Translations under genes and position numbers: made by a program
Notes under the pieces: generated by a model
The model's input: the letters and a program-made list of their open reading frames with translations, nothing else
The model's database searches: none
Told to the model about the DNA's origin: nothing
Assembly: GCF_009914755.1 (NCBI RefSeq)
Contig: NC_060929.1
Strand: one strand, 5' to 3'
Length of the DNA: 64,000 nt
DNA from: the human T2T-CHM13v2.0 reference genome, Homo sapiens
Shown: piece by piece, positions 13,111-24,948 of the stretch
Layout of the letters: each line of letters starts with the position of its first letter
Numbering within the stretch: position 1 is the first letter of the stretch

Positions 13111-16100
13111 TAATTTAAATCTCTGATTCAGATTCTGCTTCTAGAGAACCTGACCTATGATGGTTGGTACCAGATGAGGGGAACTGGGAAGAATACTGTA
13201 AGGGATTCTGAAGTTGGATAACTTCCCAGGTAATTAGCAGTGAGTCCCTATCACCAGTGATAGGTGAAGTACTGATAGCCCCAGGCTTGTAGAAACAGTG
13301 AAGTTGCTAAGCCTTTTACTTGTAGTGAACTGGGATGGGATACAGGTGGGAGAGAGACTGGTTTGTGTAGTACCTCTGGCATTTGAGATGTGAAGGAGCA
13401 ATAGCATTACAAGGACTTAATTGGGTGTCTGTTGCTGAATGCCCTTCATGCTCATGGCAATCAATCATTGTATTAGTTCTTTCTCACTCTGCAATAAAGA
13501 AATACCCAAGACTGGGTAATTTATCAAGAAAAGATATTTAATTGGCTCATGGTTCCTCAGGCTGTACAGAAGCATGATTCTAGCATCTGCTTGGTTTCTG
13601 GGGAGGCCTCAGGAAGCTTTCAATTATGGCGGTTGTGAAGTAGAAGGAGGCACATCTTACAGAGCTGGAGCAAAGGGAAGAGAGAGAAGAGGCAGGTGCT
13701 ATACACTTTTAAGCAACCAGAGCTCATGATAACTCACTCACTCACTATCATGAGAACAACCCCAAGAGAATGGTGCTAGCCTATTCATAAGAACTCCACC
13801 CCATGTTCCAATAACCTCCCACCAGGCTCCACCTTTAACACTGGGGATTATAATTAAACTTGAGATTTGGGTGTAAACACAGATCAAAACCATATCATTC
13901 CATCCCTTGGCCCTCTCAATTCTCATGTCCTTCTTACATTGCAGAATACAATCATGCCTTCCCAACAATCCCACAAAGTCTTAACTCATTCCAGCATTAA
14001 CTGAAAAGTCCAAGTTCAAAGACTCATCTGAGACAAGGCTAGTCTCTTCTGCCTATGAGCCTGTAAAACCAACAACAAGTTAGTTATTTCCAAGATTTAA
14101 TGGTGGTGTAGGCATTGGGCAAATACTCCCATTGCAAACTGAAATTAGCCAAAAGAAAGGGCCTACAAGCTCCATGCAAGTTCAAAACCCAGCAGAGCAG
14201 TCATTAAATATTAAAGCTCCACAATAATCTCGTTTGACTTCATGTCTTATATCCAGGCCACACTGATGTGAGGGGTGGGCTGCCAAGGCCTTGGGAAGCT
14301 CTGCCCTTGTGGCTTTGCAGGGGTCAGCCCTCATGGCTGGTCTCATGGGCTGGTATTGAGTGCCTGTGGCTTTTTTTCCAGACACAGGATGCAAGCTGTT
14401 GGTTGATTTACCATTCTGGGGTCTGGAAGACAGTGGCCCTCTTCTCTCAGCTCCACTAGGCAGTGCCCCAGTGGGGACTCTGTATGGAGGCTCCAACCCC
14501 ACATTTCCCCTCTGGACTGCCCTAGTAGAGGTTCTCTCTGAAGGCTCTACTCCTGCAGCAGGCTTCTGCTTGGATACTCAGGCTTTTCCAAGGCTTATGG
14601 CTTGCACTTTCTGAAGCGGTGACCCGAGATGTACCTGGGCCCCTGTGAGCCATGGCTGGGGCTGGGGTGTCTGGGACACAGGCAGCAGTGTCCTGGGGTT
14701 GCACAAGACAGGGCAGCGGGGCCCTAGGCCTTGTCCAGGAAAGCATTCAGTCCTCCTATGCCTCTGGGCCTGTGATGGGAGAGCTGCTGTGAAGGTCTCT
14801 GAAATGCCTTGAAGCCCTTTTCCCCATTGCCTTGGATATTAGCACTTGGCTCATCTTTACTTATGCAAATTTTTGAAGCCTGTTTGAATTCCTCCCCTGC
14901 CTCTGGACTTTTCTACCACATAGCTGGGCTGCAAAGTTTTCAATCTTTTATGCTATGCTTCCCCTTTAACTATAAGTTTCAGCTTTACTTCATTTCTTTG
15001 CTCACACGTATGAGCATAGGCTGTTAGAAGCAGCCAGGCCACGCCTTGAATGCTTTGCTACTTAGAAATTTCTTCCACCAGATACCCTAAATCATCTCTC
15101 TCAAGTTCAAAGTTCCACAGATCCCTAGGGCAGGGGCACAATCCAACCAAACTCTTTGCTAAAGCATAACAAAAGTGACCTTTACTCCAGTTCCCAGTAA
15201 ATTCCTCATTTCCGTCTGAGATCTCCTCTGCCTGGACTTCATTGTTTATATGACTATGACTTGTTGAATGGTTGTGACATTTTGGTTGTCACAAATTTGG
15301 AAATTCCAAATTTTCCCTCCTGTTCCTGTCTTCTTCTGAACCCTCCAAACTTCTCCAGTCTTTGCCTGTTACCCAGTTCTGAAGCCACTTCCACATTTTC
15401 AAGTATCTTTATAGCAGTGCCCCACTCCTCAGTACCAATTTTCTGTATTAGTCCATTACTGCACTGCTATAAAGAAATACCTGAGACTGGGTAATTTATA
15501 AAGAAAGGAGGTTTAATTGGCTCATGTTCTGAAGGTTGTATAGGAAGCATGGCAGCATCTGCTGGGGAGGCCTCAGGGAGCTTTTAGTCATGGCAGAAAA
15601 CAAAGTGGGAGCAGGTGTGTTATGTGGTGGAAGTAGGAGGACGGGGTGCAGGGGGAAGGTGCTACACACTTTTAAACAACCATGTCTTGTGAGAACTCAC
15701 CATCGTGAAAACAGCATTGAGGGGAGGGTGCTAAACCATTCATGAAGAATCCACCCCAACAATGCAATCACCTCCCATCAGGCACTACCTCTAACACTGG
15801 GGATTACAATTTGACATGAGATTTGGTGGGGACATAGATCCAACCATATCAATTGCCAACTAAAATTCAAGTGTGAGAGTCATAGGGCCTCCTCAGCAAA
15901 ATGTAAAGAGATCCTCCTGTCCTGCTGCTTGAGGAATGACAGGGTTAAAGACAGGTCTCAGGACTCAATTTTACGAATGACAGATCTTTGAAAAAGGCTG
16001 AATTCTTGGCCTTTCAAGTCTTCTATGAGAAAGTTAGATCCCTATTAGGGAGGGATTGAAACTCTGAGATTTGGGATGGAGATAACTGAGTAGATGTACG

Positions 16101-17620
16101 AGAATAACTGGAATCCCAGATTCCTCTGAACTCTTGAGACTCTTGTAGTCCCCCTTGTTGGAATACAGAGTCCTTTGCTTGTTTGACTACTATGGAGAAG
16201 ATGCATGTGATAGAAGTGCTTTCAGGACAATAATGGCCCTCTCAGCATCTGTCCCCATCTCTCTCCCTAGCCAGTAGACCAATACCTCAGGCCAAATCTC
16301 AGCATGACTCAACTGGGAAAAAGCTAAGCTTGCTGATAGAGGGGAGGAATTATATGCAAAAGGAGCTACATGGCCTGTCAAGATCCAGGAGAGTATGCCT
16401 GGGAGTGAAGTTGAGTGTGCTGGATTAAGGGAGATGGAATTTAAAGCTAAATAAGAACGATTAAAAAAATGGGATACTCTCTTTTGATACAGGATTTAAC
16501 ATTCTGGCAAAGACCCTGGAAAGCTAATTCTAATATTCTGCTGAGATGGGTCTTGGAAACTTGGAAAAAGTGATGACCCCCATTAAATTGATTAGGAATG
16601 CCCGAATGGTTATGGCTGACTTTGGAGAAGTTGCAATGAAGCCTCTCCCTCAGCTTATATCTATGATTTTGTGGAAGATTTCCTACAGTCAGCTGGTAAA
16701 TGTGGGAAAACTTGAGCTTGGTTTATGGATGGTTAGTCTGGTATATTGGTGCAAGTGAAAATTGACAGCTGTTGTACTTCATCCCCACTCAAGAGTGGTT
16801 TTGAAAGACTGTGGTAAGGAGAAATAATTCTGGTTATGGGCAGTGCAAATGATTATCAATTGTGTAAAAGGAGAAGCAGCCAAAGGTAAGAATATATATG
16901 GATTCATGAGCAGTGGCAAATGGCTTAGCTGATTGGTTGGGGCTTGGAATAAGCAAGATTGTAAGGTAGGAGACAAGGAGTTTTCATGTAGTGACATGTG
17001 GATGGACACATGGGAGTAGGCATGAAGTGTGAATTTGTTGGTATCACAGGCTAGTTAGTATAAAACAGAAAGCATCTACTAGGCAAGAGTCATTAACTAA
17101 CCAAGTGGACAGAATAACTGGCTAAGTGACTCTGAATTTGGCCACCCCAGCACTTTTGCAATGAGCTAATGAATGGAGTAACTAAGGTGGGAATACGAGG
17201 GACATATATGAACCCATTAGCACAGGGTCTCTCACATTCAGGCAGATGTAGCTGCTGTGGCTGAATGGTTGGTCTATCAACAAGAGTCTTATGCTGAATT
17301 CCTGAGATGGCAATATTCCTCAAGGTAAGCACCTAGGTACTTGGTGACAAATTGACTACATTAACCCCCTTCTACTGTGGAAAGGGCAACAATTCATTTT
17401 GAATAGATACATACTCTAGTTATGGGTTTGTCCTTTCCACCCATAAGGTCTCAATCAGAACCACTATCCAAGGGCTTAGAAGATGTTTGATTCACAAACA
17501 TGGGATCCTGCATAACATCACATAGGACCAAGGGACGTGCTTCACAGAAAAAAAGGTGTGACAGGCAGCTTGTGACTGTGGGGTTTGGTGATCATACAGA
17601 AGCTACTGGATTCAAAGCGT
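12898..17620 (+). mobile_element. Ancient ERVL-class element (LTR16/HERV16-like): LTR ends at 12898-12930 and ~13115-13160, internal 13161-13468 and 15852-~17620
   Basis: LTR16-like start (gtggacgctgttttgatgccctgcccagatc) and end (ctgcttctagagaacctgacctatga) followed by gttggtaccaga. Degenerate gag/pol-like sequence, split by the MST insertion. Confidence 0.6.
13469..15851 (-). mobile_element. MST (MaLR) element, LTR-int-LTR (LTRs 13469-13897 and 15444-15851)
   Basis: Both LTRs are bounded by tgtattag...ccatatca. The ~1.55-kb internal region is homologous to the THE1-int in this window. Confidence 0.93.
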
Positions 17621-18900
17621 CAGCTGAGTCCTGCAGGAAAAAAATACTGAGATGAAGCAGGAGTGCAAGATGGTATTGGATTGGGGAATGCCTTTGAAAG
17701 ATTAAAGGGGGATGCAACAAAATTGGACAGGGAAAGATTTTAGACTGGGATTCAATCTGACATCTGTGAAAAGAGGGGAGGAAGAAGGATTGGGAAGGAG
17801 AGCAAGACTCAGACCATAGTGTAGACCTTACAAAATCAACTGGGATCCCTAGAGAAATGGTTGCCCTTTAGAGTGCCACACTGGGCAGAGATGCTTTGTT
17901 GCTGGCTGATGGCTGCCAAGGAAAAGTGTAGCCTTGACTCAAAACTTGAGGCAGATCTTAAAGACATTAACAGCTGGAGGGTATTACCTAAATGCCTCCT
18001 TACAGCTGAGGAGCCTGTTATTTCTTAGAGGGAGATTTGAGTTGCATGTTTCTGTAGCTGCCACAGTCTACACCTTGTGCCATGTGGATCCACATGTTCA
18101 AGGGGCAGCTCTTTCAGAGTTCTAGTGGCCTCTCTTCATGAGGGGAAACTTAGAGAGGGAAAGTTAGTCAGATGATCTATTGCCCTAATAGCTGCAGTTG
18201 ATCTTGGGGCTGTGAGTGGTACTCAGTTTTTCTTTTATAAAACCCATTCTATATTCTCTTGCTTTCAGCTACTATTTCTGTTGGCTTTGGTGGCTTACCT
18301 GGTGGGATGACCAAACTCTTCATTCCTGAGGAATCTGAGTCCCTGATAATTCTATTTTTCTCATGTTGGGCTGTTGCCCTTGTCTACTCACAGTTGAAAC
18401 TGGGCAAAGGAATACCAAGAGATGTGAATTCAGTTGAATTCCACACACATTTCTCTTTTCCTTCACCTCCACCTGATAGAGTCTGTTACCCCTGCCACAA
18501 TGGTGACTACTTTTCTTGTCTGTTATTCCCTGGACACAAAAAGTTCAAAGTGCCCAGGTTGCAGTCATAACTTTTAGTTGAATAAGACCTTTGTTTTGTT
18601 CCCTGGCAAGAATGTGCCCCCATTGTGGACCCAAAGAGCCCAAAGCTGTGGAAACAGGAAGCATTAAATGCCCCAGTGGGACACTGGGACTGTAAGTGGG
18701 GCTATTTCTGTTTCTATGCCTTGGTTCCTGGATTCATATATTTTTACTGGGGCATAGAGGTCTCTAATTCATTGTGTATCCTACATCCTATTGGATGACA
18801 CCCCACCTTCACAGAGTATTTCCTCTGAGATGGCACTGCAGCTTAAGGGGTCCCTTACATAGGGCAGGGGTGAAGCTCATGGTTGAATACAGTAAGTTTA
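17620..18900 (-). mobile_element. Second ERVL-class LTR (~17620-18065) plus adjacent internal fragment
   Basis: The reverse complement of 18061-18076 reads aaggtgtagactgtgg, an ERVL PPT-like tract followed by the TG LTR start. LTR16/LTR33-like sequence. Approximate. Confidence 0.55.
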
Positions 18901-19429
18901 AAGAAAAACTACATGCTGAGAACAGAGCTTCCAGTTTCTCCTTTCAGGACAGACTGATTCTCAGGACACCTACAGCCAAGGAGGAGATGAAAAGTTTCTT
19001 GTTAAAAGGTGCATGTATAGGTATTTGGGACTATCAATGAATATACAGCTCTCTGCTGATGGAGAGATCTCTTTTAAAACCAGATTATCTGATGTTTGAG
19101 CATTTAAAAAAGAACACTGGAAGACATTTGATAGATATGATGGAGAATGTGGGAAAAAATTAAGCATAGTACATGGAAAATGAAGGAAATGGAATTTTTA
19201 ATGCTACCTACTACCTTGTAAATTTAATTATTTATTGTGTTTATTGTTTTCTACTGGAATGTCAAAGCCAAGGGGCCAGTGATCTTTGCTTGTTTGTTCA
19301 CAATTGTATCCTAAGTGCTTAGAATAGAGCCTGGTACATAGGGGAGTTAAAGAAATACCAGTTGAACAGACGAACATTTTAAGCAAGCATAAACAAAAAT
19401 ACAAGCACTTAGCTCTGGGGGAATTTATA

Positions 19430-19790
19430 TATAAAGGAAATCAAACTACATTAAACTCGAATTCAATAGTCACAATATAATACTATAAATCATGATTTTA
19501 ATATTTATATTATAACTATGATAACATAGTGGAATATAAATATACAATTATGCAAAATATAAAAATTTTATAATAAATAAAATCAATATAATTTTAGTGT
19601 TTATATCATAATTATAATAAATTACTAATTTGATTAGGTAATATATGGTTTTAGTATGATTATCATAATTTGCATATTGTACATTTTAACATATAATAAA
19701 TATGATGCAATTATAATTTTACAAAGTTTATATAACAAAGGAAATGAATTAATAATATACTTAACTCTCTAGTAAAATACTTTTACAAAA
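19430..19790. repeat. AT-rich low-complexity tract
   Basis: Strongly A/T-biased with no clear period. Confidence 0.7.
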
Positions 19791-19801
19791 TTCTGTTTAA
19801 A

Positions 19802-20400
19802 TTTTTTTTGAAATTAACAGGTCAAATTGTATGTAGTTGCTATACACAACATGATATTTTGAAGTGTATATACATTGTGGAATGGTTAAATCTAGCTACT
19901 TAACATATATATGCATTGCCTCACAGTTATCATTTTTGTAGTAAGAATACTTAACATTCACTCTTTTAGCTTTTTTCTAGAATACAATATATCACCATTC
20001 ACTATAGTCACTATGCTGTACAGTAGATCTCTTGAACTTATTTCTACTATCTAAATGTAATTTTCTATCTTTTGACCAATATCTCTCCAATGCCACCCTT
20101 ATGCTTTCCCCAGACTTTGGTAATCACCATTCTATTTTCTATTTCTATGGGGTCAATATTTTTAGGTTCCACATATGAATGAGATAATGCAGTATTTGTC
20201 TTTCTGTGTCAGGCTTATTTCACTTAATGTCCTCTAGGTTCATCCATGTTGTTGCAAATGACAAGATTTCCTTCTTTTTATGGCTAAATAGTATTCCATT
20301 GTATGTCTATACCACATTTTCTTTATTCATCCATTGATGGATGACACTTAGGTTAATTCCATATCTTGGCTATTGTGAATAGTTTCTGTAATAAACATAT
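19802..20400 (-). mobile_element. L1MA/L1MB 3' fragment
   Basis: Antisense L1 3' UTR motifs (ttccacatatgaatgagataatgcagtatttgtctttctgtg...ttccatatcttggctattgtgaatag). Confidence 0.85.
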
Positions 20401-20771
20401 TTGGAGATTTGTGAAAAGATGGTGAAAATTTAAGAGCGCTAACTCATCACTTACCATGTTTTGAAGTCAATAGGTAATATTAAAAAAATTAAGTTAGAAA
20501 ATAGCAGAATAAACGTATTATTTAGAAAGACGTAAGCAAATATTAGAAGAAACACTTTAAGTGGTTAAAATATTTGGTCCTGGAAACTCCAGAGGACATT
20601 TGAGAGGAAAGAGAGAAATGAGTGTTGTTTCTCATTATGAGCCTTTTAGTATATCTGATTTCTTCAACTGTGTGTATTACTTTGATAAAAGTACCAATTT
20701 ATTTAATCAATTCTCTGAACATTTAAGGAAGGCACTGTGTAGTTTTTGTGATCATCTCAGACTTATCCTAG

Positions 20772-21284
20772 TGTTGGGAACAAGCCCCCCCAAATCTGGC
20801 CATAAACTGGCTCCAAAACTGGCCATAAACAAAATCTCTGCAGTACTGTGACATGTTCATGATGGCCCTAATGCCCATGCTGGAAGGTTGTGGCTTTACC
20901 AGAATGAGGGCAAGGAACACCTGGCCCATCCAGGGTGGAAAACCACTTAAAGGCATTCTTAAGCCACAAACAATAGCATGAGTGATCTGTGCCTTAAGGA
21001 AATGCTCCTGCTGCAGTTAACTAGCCCAATCTATTCCTGTTATTCAGCCCATCCCTTCATTTCCCATAAGGGATACTTTTAGTTAATTTAAGATCTATAG
21101 AAACAATGCTAATGACTGGCTTGCTGTTAATAAATACGTGGGTAAATCTCTGTTTGGGGCTCTCAGCTCTGAAGGCTGTGAGACCCCTGATTTCCCACTT
21201 TATGCCTCTATATTTCTGTGTGTGTCTCTTTAATTCCTCTAGTGTTGCTGGGTTAGGGTCTCCCCGACCAAGCTGGTCTCGGCC
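20772..21284 (+). promoter_or_regulatory. 5' LTR (MER9-type)
   Basis: Near-identical to 24949-25467 and contains AATAAA (21129-21134). Confidence 0.93.
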
Positions 21285-21435
21285 AGTGGCGTCCATTTTT
21301 GGGGGCTCAAATCCAGGTTGAAGGGTCACTGGAGCGACGGTTGGAGAATGTGGAACTAGCTGGAAGACACCCGAGTACTCTTAAAGCAATCCCTGTGGTG
21401 AGTAAGAAGGGGAGCGTGGAAGCATCAGGGTAACA

Positions 21436-22158
21436 GTGGGACAAGTATGGGCTCTGGTTTGTTCTACCTTGGAACTTTTTCACACTGATGATGAGGAGGA
21501 AGGAGAGTATAACGAAGTAACAGAAGAGGTTACAGACCAGGTTTATTTGCCAGCTAAAGCTAAAGTGGCAAAGGAGGGAGAGGTTCATCCCTATCCTTCT
21601 GCACCCCCTCATTATTATTTTGAAGAAAAAGACCCTCCAGGTCTTTCTTTTCTGGAGAACACTGGGCGAAAAGTAGTTGCCCCAGTGACTGTTCGAGCAG
21701 CACCTCAAGCAACCACTCTTAGTTCTATTCAGACAGGAATTCAGCAAGCTAAACGAGCGGGTGATTTAGAGGTTTGGCAGTTTCCTGTTAGAATACATCC
21801 CCCAGATCAGCAGGGAAATATTATAGCTACATTTGAGCTTTTTCCTTTTAAATTACTCAAAGAATTTAAACAAGCTATTCATACTAAAAAAGAATGTAGA
21901 AAAAATCAGCGAGTCAGGCCACCAGATAGGGGAAAAAAGAAAACTGCTGAGCCTGAAATATGTCCAAAATGTAAAAAAGGAAAACATTGGTCTAATCAGT
22001 GTCACTCTAAGTTTCATAAAGATGGGAATCTGATTTCAGGAAATGCCATTTGGGGCCCATCCCTGGCCCCATTCCAAACAAGGGCATTTCCAGCTCAGGC
22101 CATTCCCTCACCCCTGTGCAATGTCTGTCTCCCACCACAGCCAGTAATGCCACAGTAG
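21436..22158 (+). pseudogene. gag: Deleted gag remnant (N-terminal MGQ..., most of capsid absent, one CCHC zinc knuckle)
   Basis: 240-codon open frame starting GTG GGA CAA. CPKCKKGKHWSNQC matches CX2CX4HX4C. Confidence 0.88.
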
Positions 22159-22159
22159 A

Positions 22160-22910
22160 TTGATGCTGCAAAAAAGCTGTGAACCTTCTGCCTGGGGAAC
22201 CCCCACAAAAGGTCCCATCAGAAGTCTGTTGACCCTTGCCAGTGGGCACAATAGGATTACTTCTAGGAAGGTCTAATTTAAGTTTAAAAGGGGTACAAAT
22301 ACATACAGGAGTCATTGATTTAGATTACAATGAGGAAATTCAAATTGTTATATCTACTTCTGTTCCCTGGAAAGCAGAGCCAGGAGAGTGTGTAGCACAG
22401 CTCCTGATTGTGCTGTATATGGGAATGGGGAAAACTGAAACTAAATGAACAGGAGGATTTGGAAGCACAAATAAACAAGGCAAAGCAGCTTATTGGGTAA
22501 ATCAAATTACTGATAAACGTCCTACCTGTGAAATAACTGTTCAGGGAAAGAAATTTAAAGGCTTGGTAGATACAGGAGCAGACATTTCAATTATTTCTCT
22601 ACAGCATTGGCCATCCACGTGGCCAATTCAACCCACTCAATTTAACATAGTTGGAGTTGGTAAAGCCCCTGAAGCATATCAAAGTAGTTATATTTTGCAT
22701 TGTGAAGGTCCCGATGGACAACCTGGGACTATTCAACCAATTGTAACTTCTGTACCTATAAATTTATGGGGGAGAGATTTATTACAACAATGGGGAGCAC
22801 AAGTTCTAATTCCAGAACAATTACATAGCCCTCAAAGTCAATATATGATGCATGAAATGGGGTATGTCCCTGGTATTGGACTAGAAAAAAATTTGCAAGG
22901 TTTGAAATAA
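22160..22910 (+). pseudogene. pro: pro: dUTPase, aspartic protease and G-patch-like tail, disrupted
   Basis: dUTPase motifs GLLLGRSNL, GVIDLDYNEEI, AQLLI and (stop)TGGFGST. Protease LVDTGADISII and LWGRDLL. Tail MGYVPGIGLEKNLQG. Confidence 0.92.
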
Positions 22911-22960
22911 CCACTTCAAGTGGAAAAACAAAGTTCCCGCCAAAGATTAGGAAATAATTT

Positions 22961-23825
22961 TTGATGGCGGCCATTGTTAAGCCTCCAGAACCTGTACCTT
23001 TAAAATGGTTAACAGATAAGCCAATTTGGATAGAACAGTGGCCACTAAGTAAAGAGAAACTGGAGGCTTTAGAGAAATTAGTTACTGAACAATTAGAAAA
23101 TGGGCACATAGCTCCAACATTTTCCCCTTGGAATTCTCCAGTTTTTGTAATTAAGAAAAAATCAGGTAAATAAATAATGTTAACTGACCTAAGAGCCATC
23201 AATTCAGTTATACAACCTATGGGAGCATTACAGCCAGGATTGCCTTCTCCTGCTATAATTCCAAAAAATTGGCCTTTAATAGTCATAGATTTAAAAGACT
23301 GTTTCTTTACTATCCCTTTAGCTGAGCAAGACTGTAAATGGTTTGCATTTATAATTCCTGCAGTAAACAGCCTGCAGCCTGCTAAACATTTTCATTGTGT
23401 TACAGATGGGCCTAGCAATGGTAAAGCTTCTTATTCTGGATCAAAAAGCAAAGTTTTCCAGATGCCCTATACTTCAGCTCAAAAATTGGAGCTTGTAGCT
23501 GTAATTGAGGTATTGACTGCTTTTAATATGCCTATTAATGTGATTCTGATTCTTCATACATGGTTCATTCCACACAGTTAATTGAAAATGCTCAGTTATG
23601 ATTTCATACAGATGAACAACTGATGACAAAAATAAAAAAGGAGGAGAAACAGGGATTACAGGACAGTCCATACACAATTGAATCTAGCATTACTTGGTGA
23701 AAAGATCCAATAACAAAAAATTAGGAAATAGGTAAAATGATAACTTGGAGTAGAGGTTATGCTTGTGTTTCTCCAGGCCAAAATCAACAGCCAATTTGAA
23801 TACCATCAAGACACCTAAAACCTTA
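22961..23825 (+). pseudogene. pol: pol remnant: RT N-terminus joined to RNase H, then an integrase C-terminal fragment
   Basis: [33 protein letters not shown], then TDGPSNGKA and [10 protein letters not shown]. No YxDD. IN tail ...RGYACVSPGQNQQPI*IPSRHL around 23700-23820. Confidence 0.92.
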
Positions 23826-24019
23826 TCATGAGCCAGATGTGAGGAAGAGATGCTGGGAGGATCCCAAGGACCCCCTGGTTGCAGCCATGTTGAGACTGAT
23901 GCTGAGGAGTCTCAACTGTCATGAGCAACACCTGTCGAACACAGCCATCCACCTGACAGATCAAGAAGCTGTCACAGATGGTGGAAGAAAACCTGAGGAA
24001 AGCAGGGCAACCAGTCACA

Positions 24020-24874
24020 ATGAGTAATTTAATGGTAGCTATGATAGCAGTTATCACAACTACTGTGAGTATTCCTTCCACAAGGGCTGACACAGAGAAC
24101 AATTATACTTATTGGGCATATTTATCAATTGTGGCTGGTAATAATGCCTGGATATAATCACTCTATGAGACAGTTACACATGCTTTCTGATCTCAGTATT
24201 TACCATAATCTGCTCCTATAATTGAGGCATACGGCCTTCAAAAACCTATTTGTAAACAAAATAGAACCTGGCCAGAAATAATGAACGTACTTGTTTAGGA
24301 AGATTGCTTTGCAGAACAGGCAGAGGTGCTGGACAGTGATTCCTATGGAATCATTATTCACTGGTCCCCTAAGGGAATGTTTAGTTTGAATTGCACCTCT
24401 TAGTCTACGTGCCATGGCCCAACTATGTTCAGCTGATCTGAACAAAATGGTCAGATGGTAGAAATGATAAGAAGTCCAGCAAGAGTTCATATTATCTGGA
24501 ATCATGGCAGTATAGTGGCACCTCAACCTCAAATGATATGGCCCATTGTAGGAGCTAAACATAAGGATTTGTGGAAACTATTAATAGCTCTTAATAAGAT
24601 CAAAGTTTGGGAAAGAATAAAAAAGCATCTAAAAGGACACTCTACAAACTTGTTTTTGGATATTGCAAAATTAAAAGAACAAATATTTAAAGCATCCCAG
24701 GCACACCTGGCCTTAATGCCAGGAACTGGAGTGCTTAAAGGAGCTGCAGACAAATTAGCAGCTAGTAACCCATTAAAATGGATAAAAACACTTGGAAGCT
24801 CTGTGATTTCAATGATGATTGTGCTTTTAATCTGTGTTGTTTGTCTTTGTATAGTCTGCAGATGTGGATCCTGA
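24020..24874 (+). pseudogene. env: env remnant (SU fragments plus TM C-terminus with membrane anchor)
   Basis: ORF 24455-24874: WERIKKHLKGHSTNLFLDIAKLKEQIF...MMIVLLICVVCLCIVCR, typical of a HERV-K TM. Confidence 0.85.
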
Positions 24875-24948
24875 CTCCTGTGAGAAGTAGCTCACCGTGA
24901 CAAAGCTGCCTTTGCTTTTATTGATTTGCAAACCAAAGAAGGGGGACA

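Noticed and set aside
19430-19790. AT-rich tract as a possible origin or matrix attachment region
   Set aside because: Composition alone cannot support a function.
22756-23286. 176-aa minus-strand ORF
   Set aside because: Antisense shadow of the HERV-K pro/pol region with no independent evidence.
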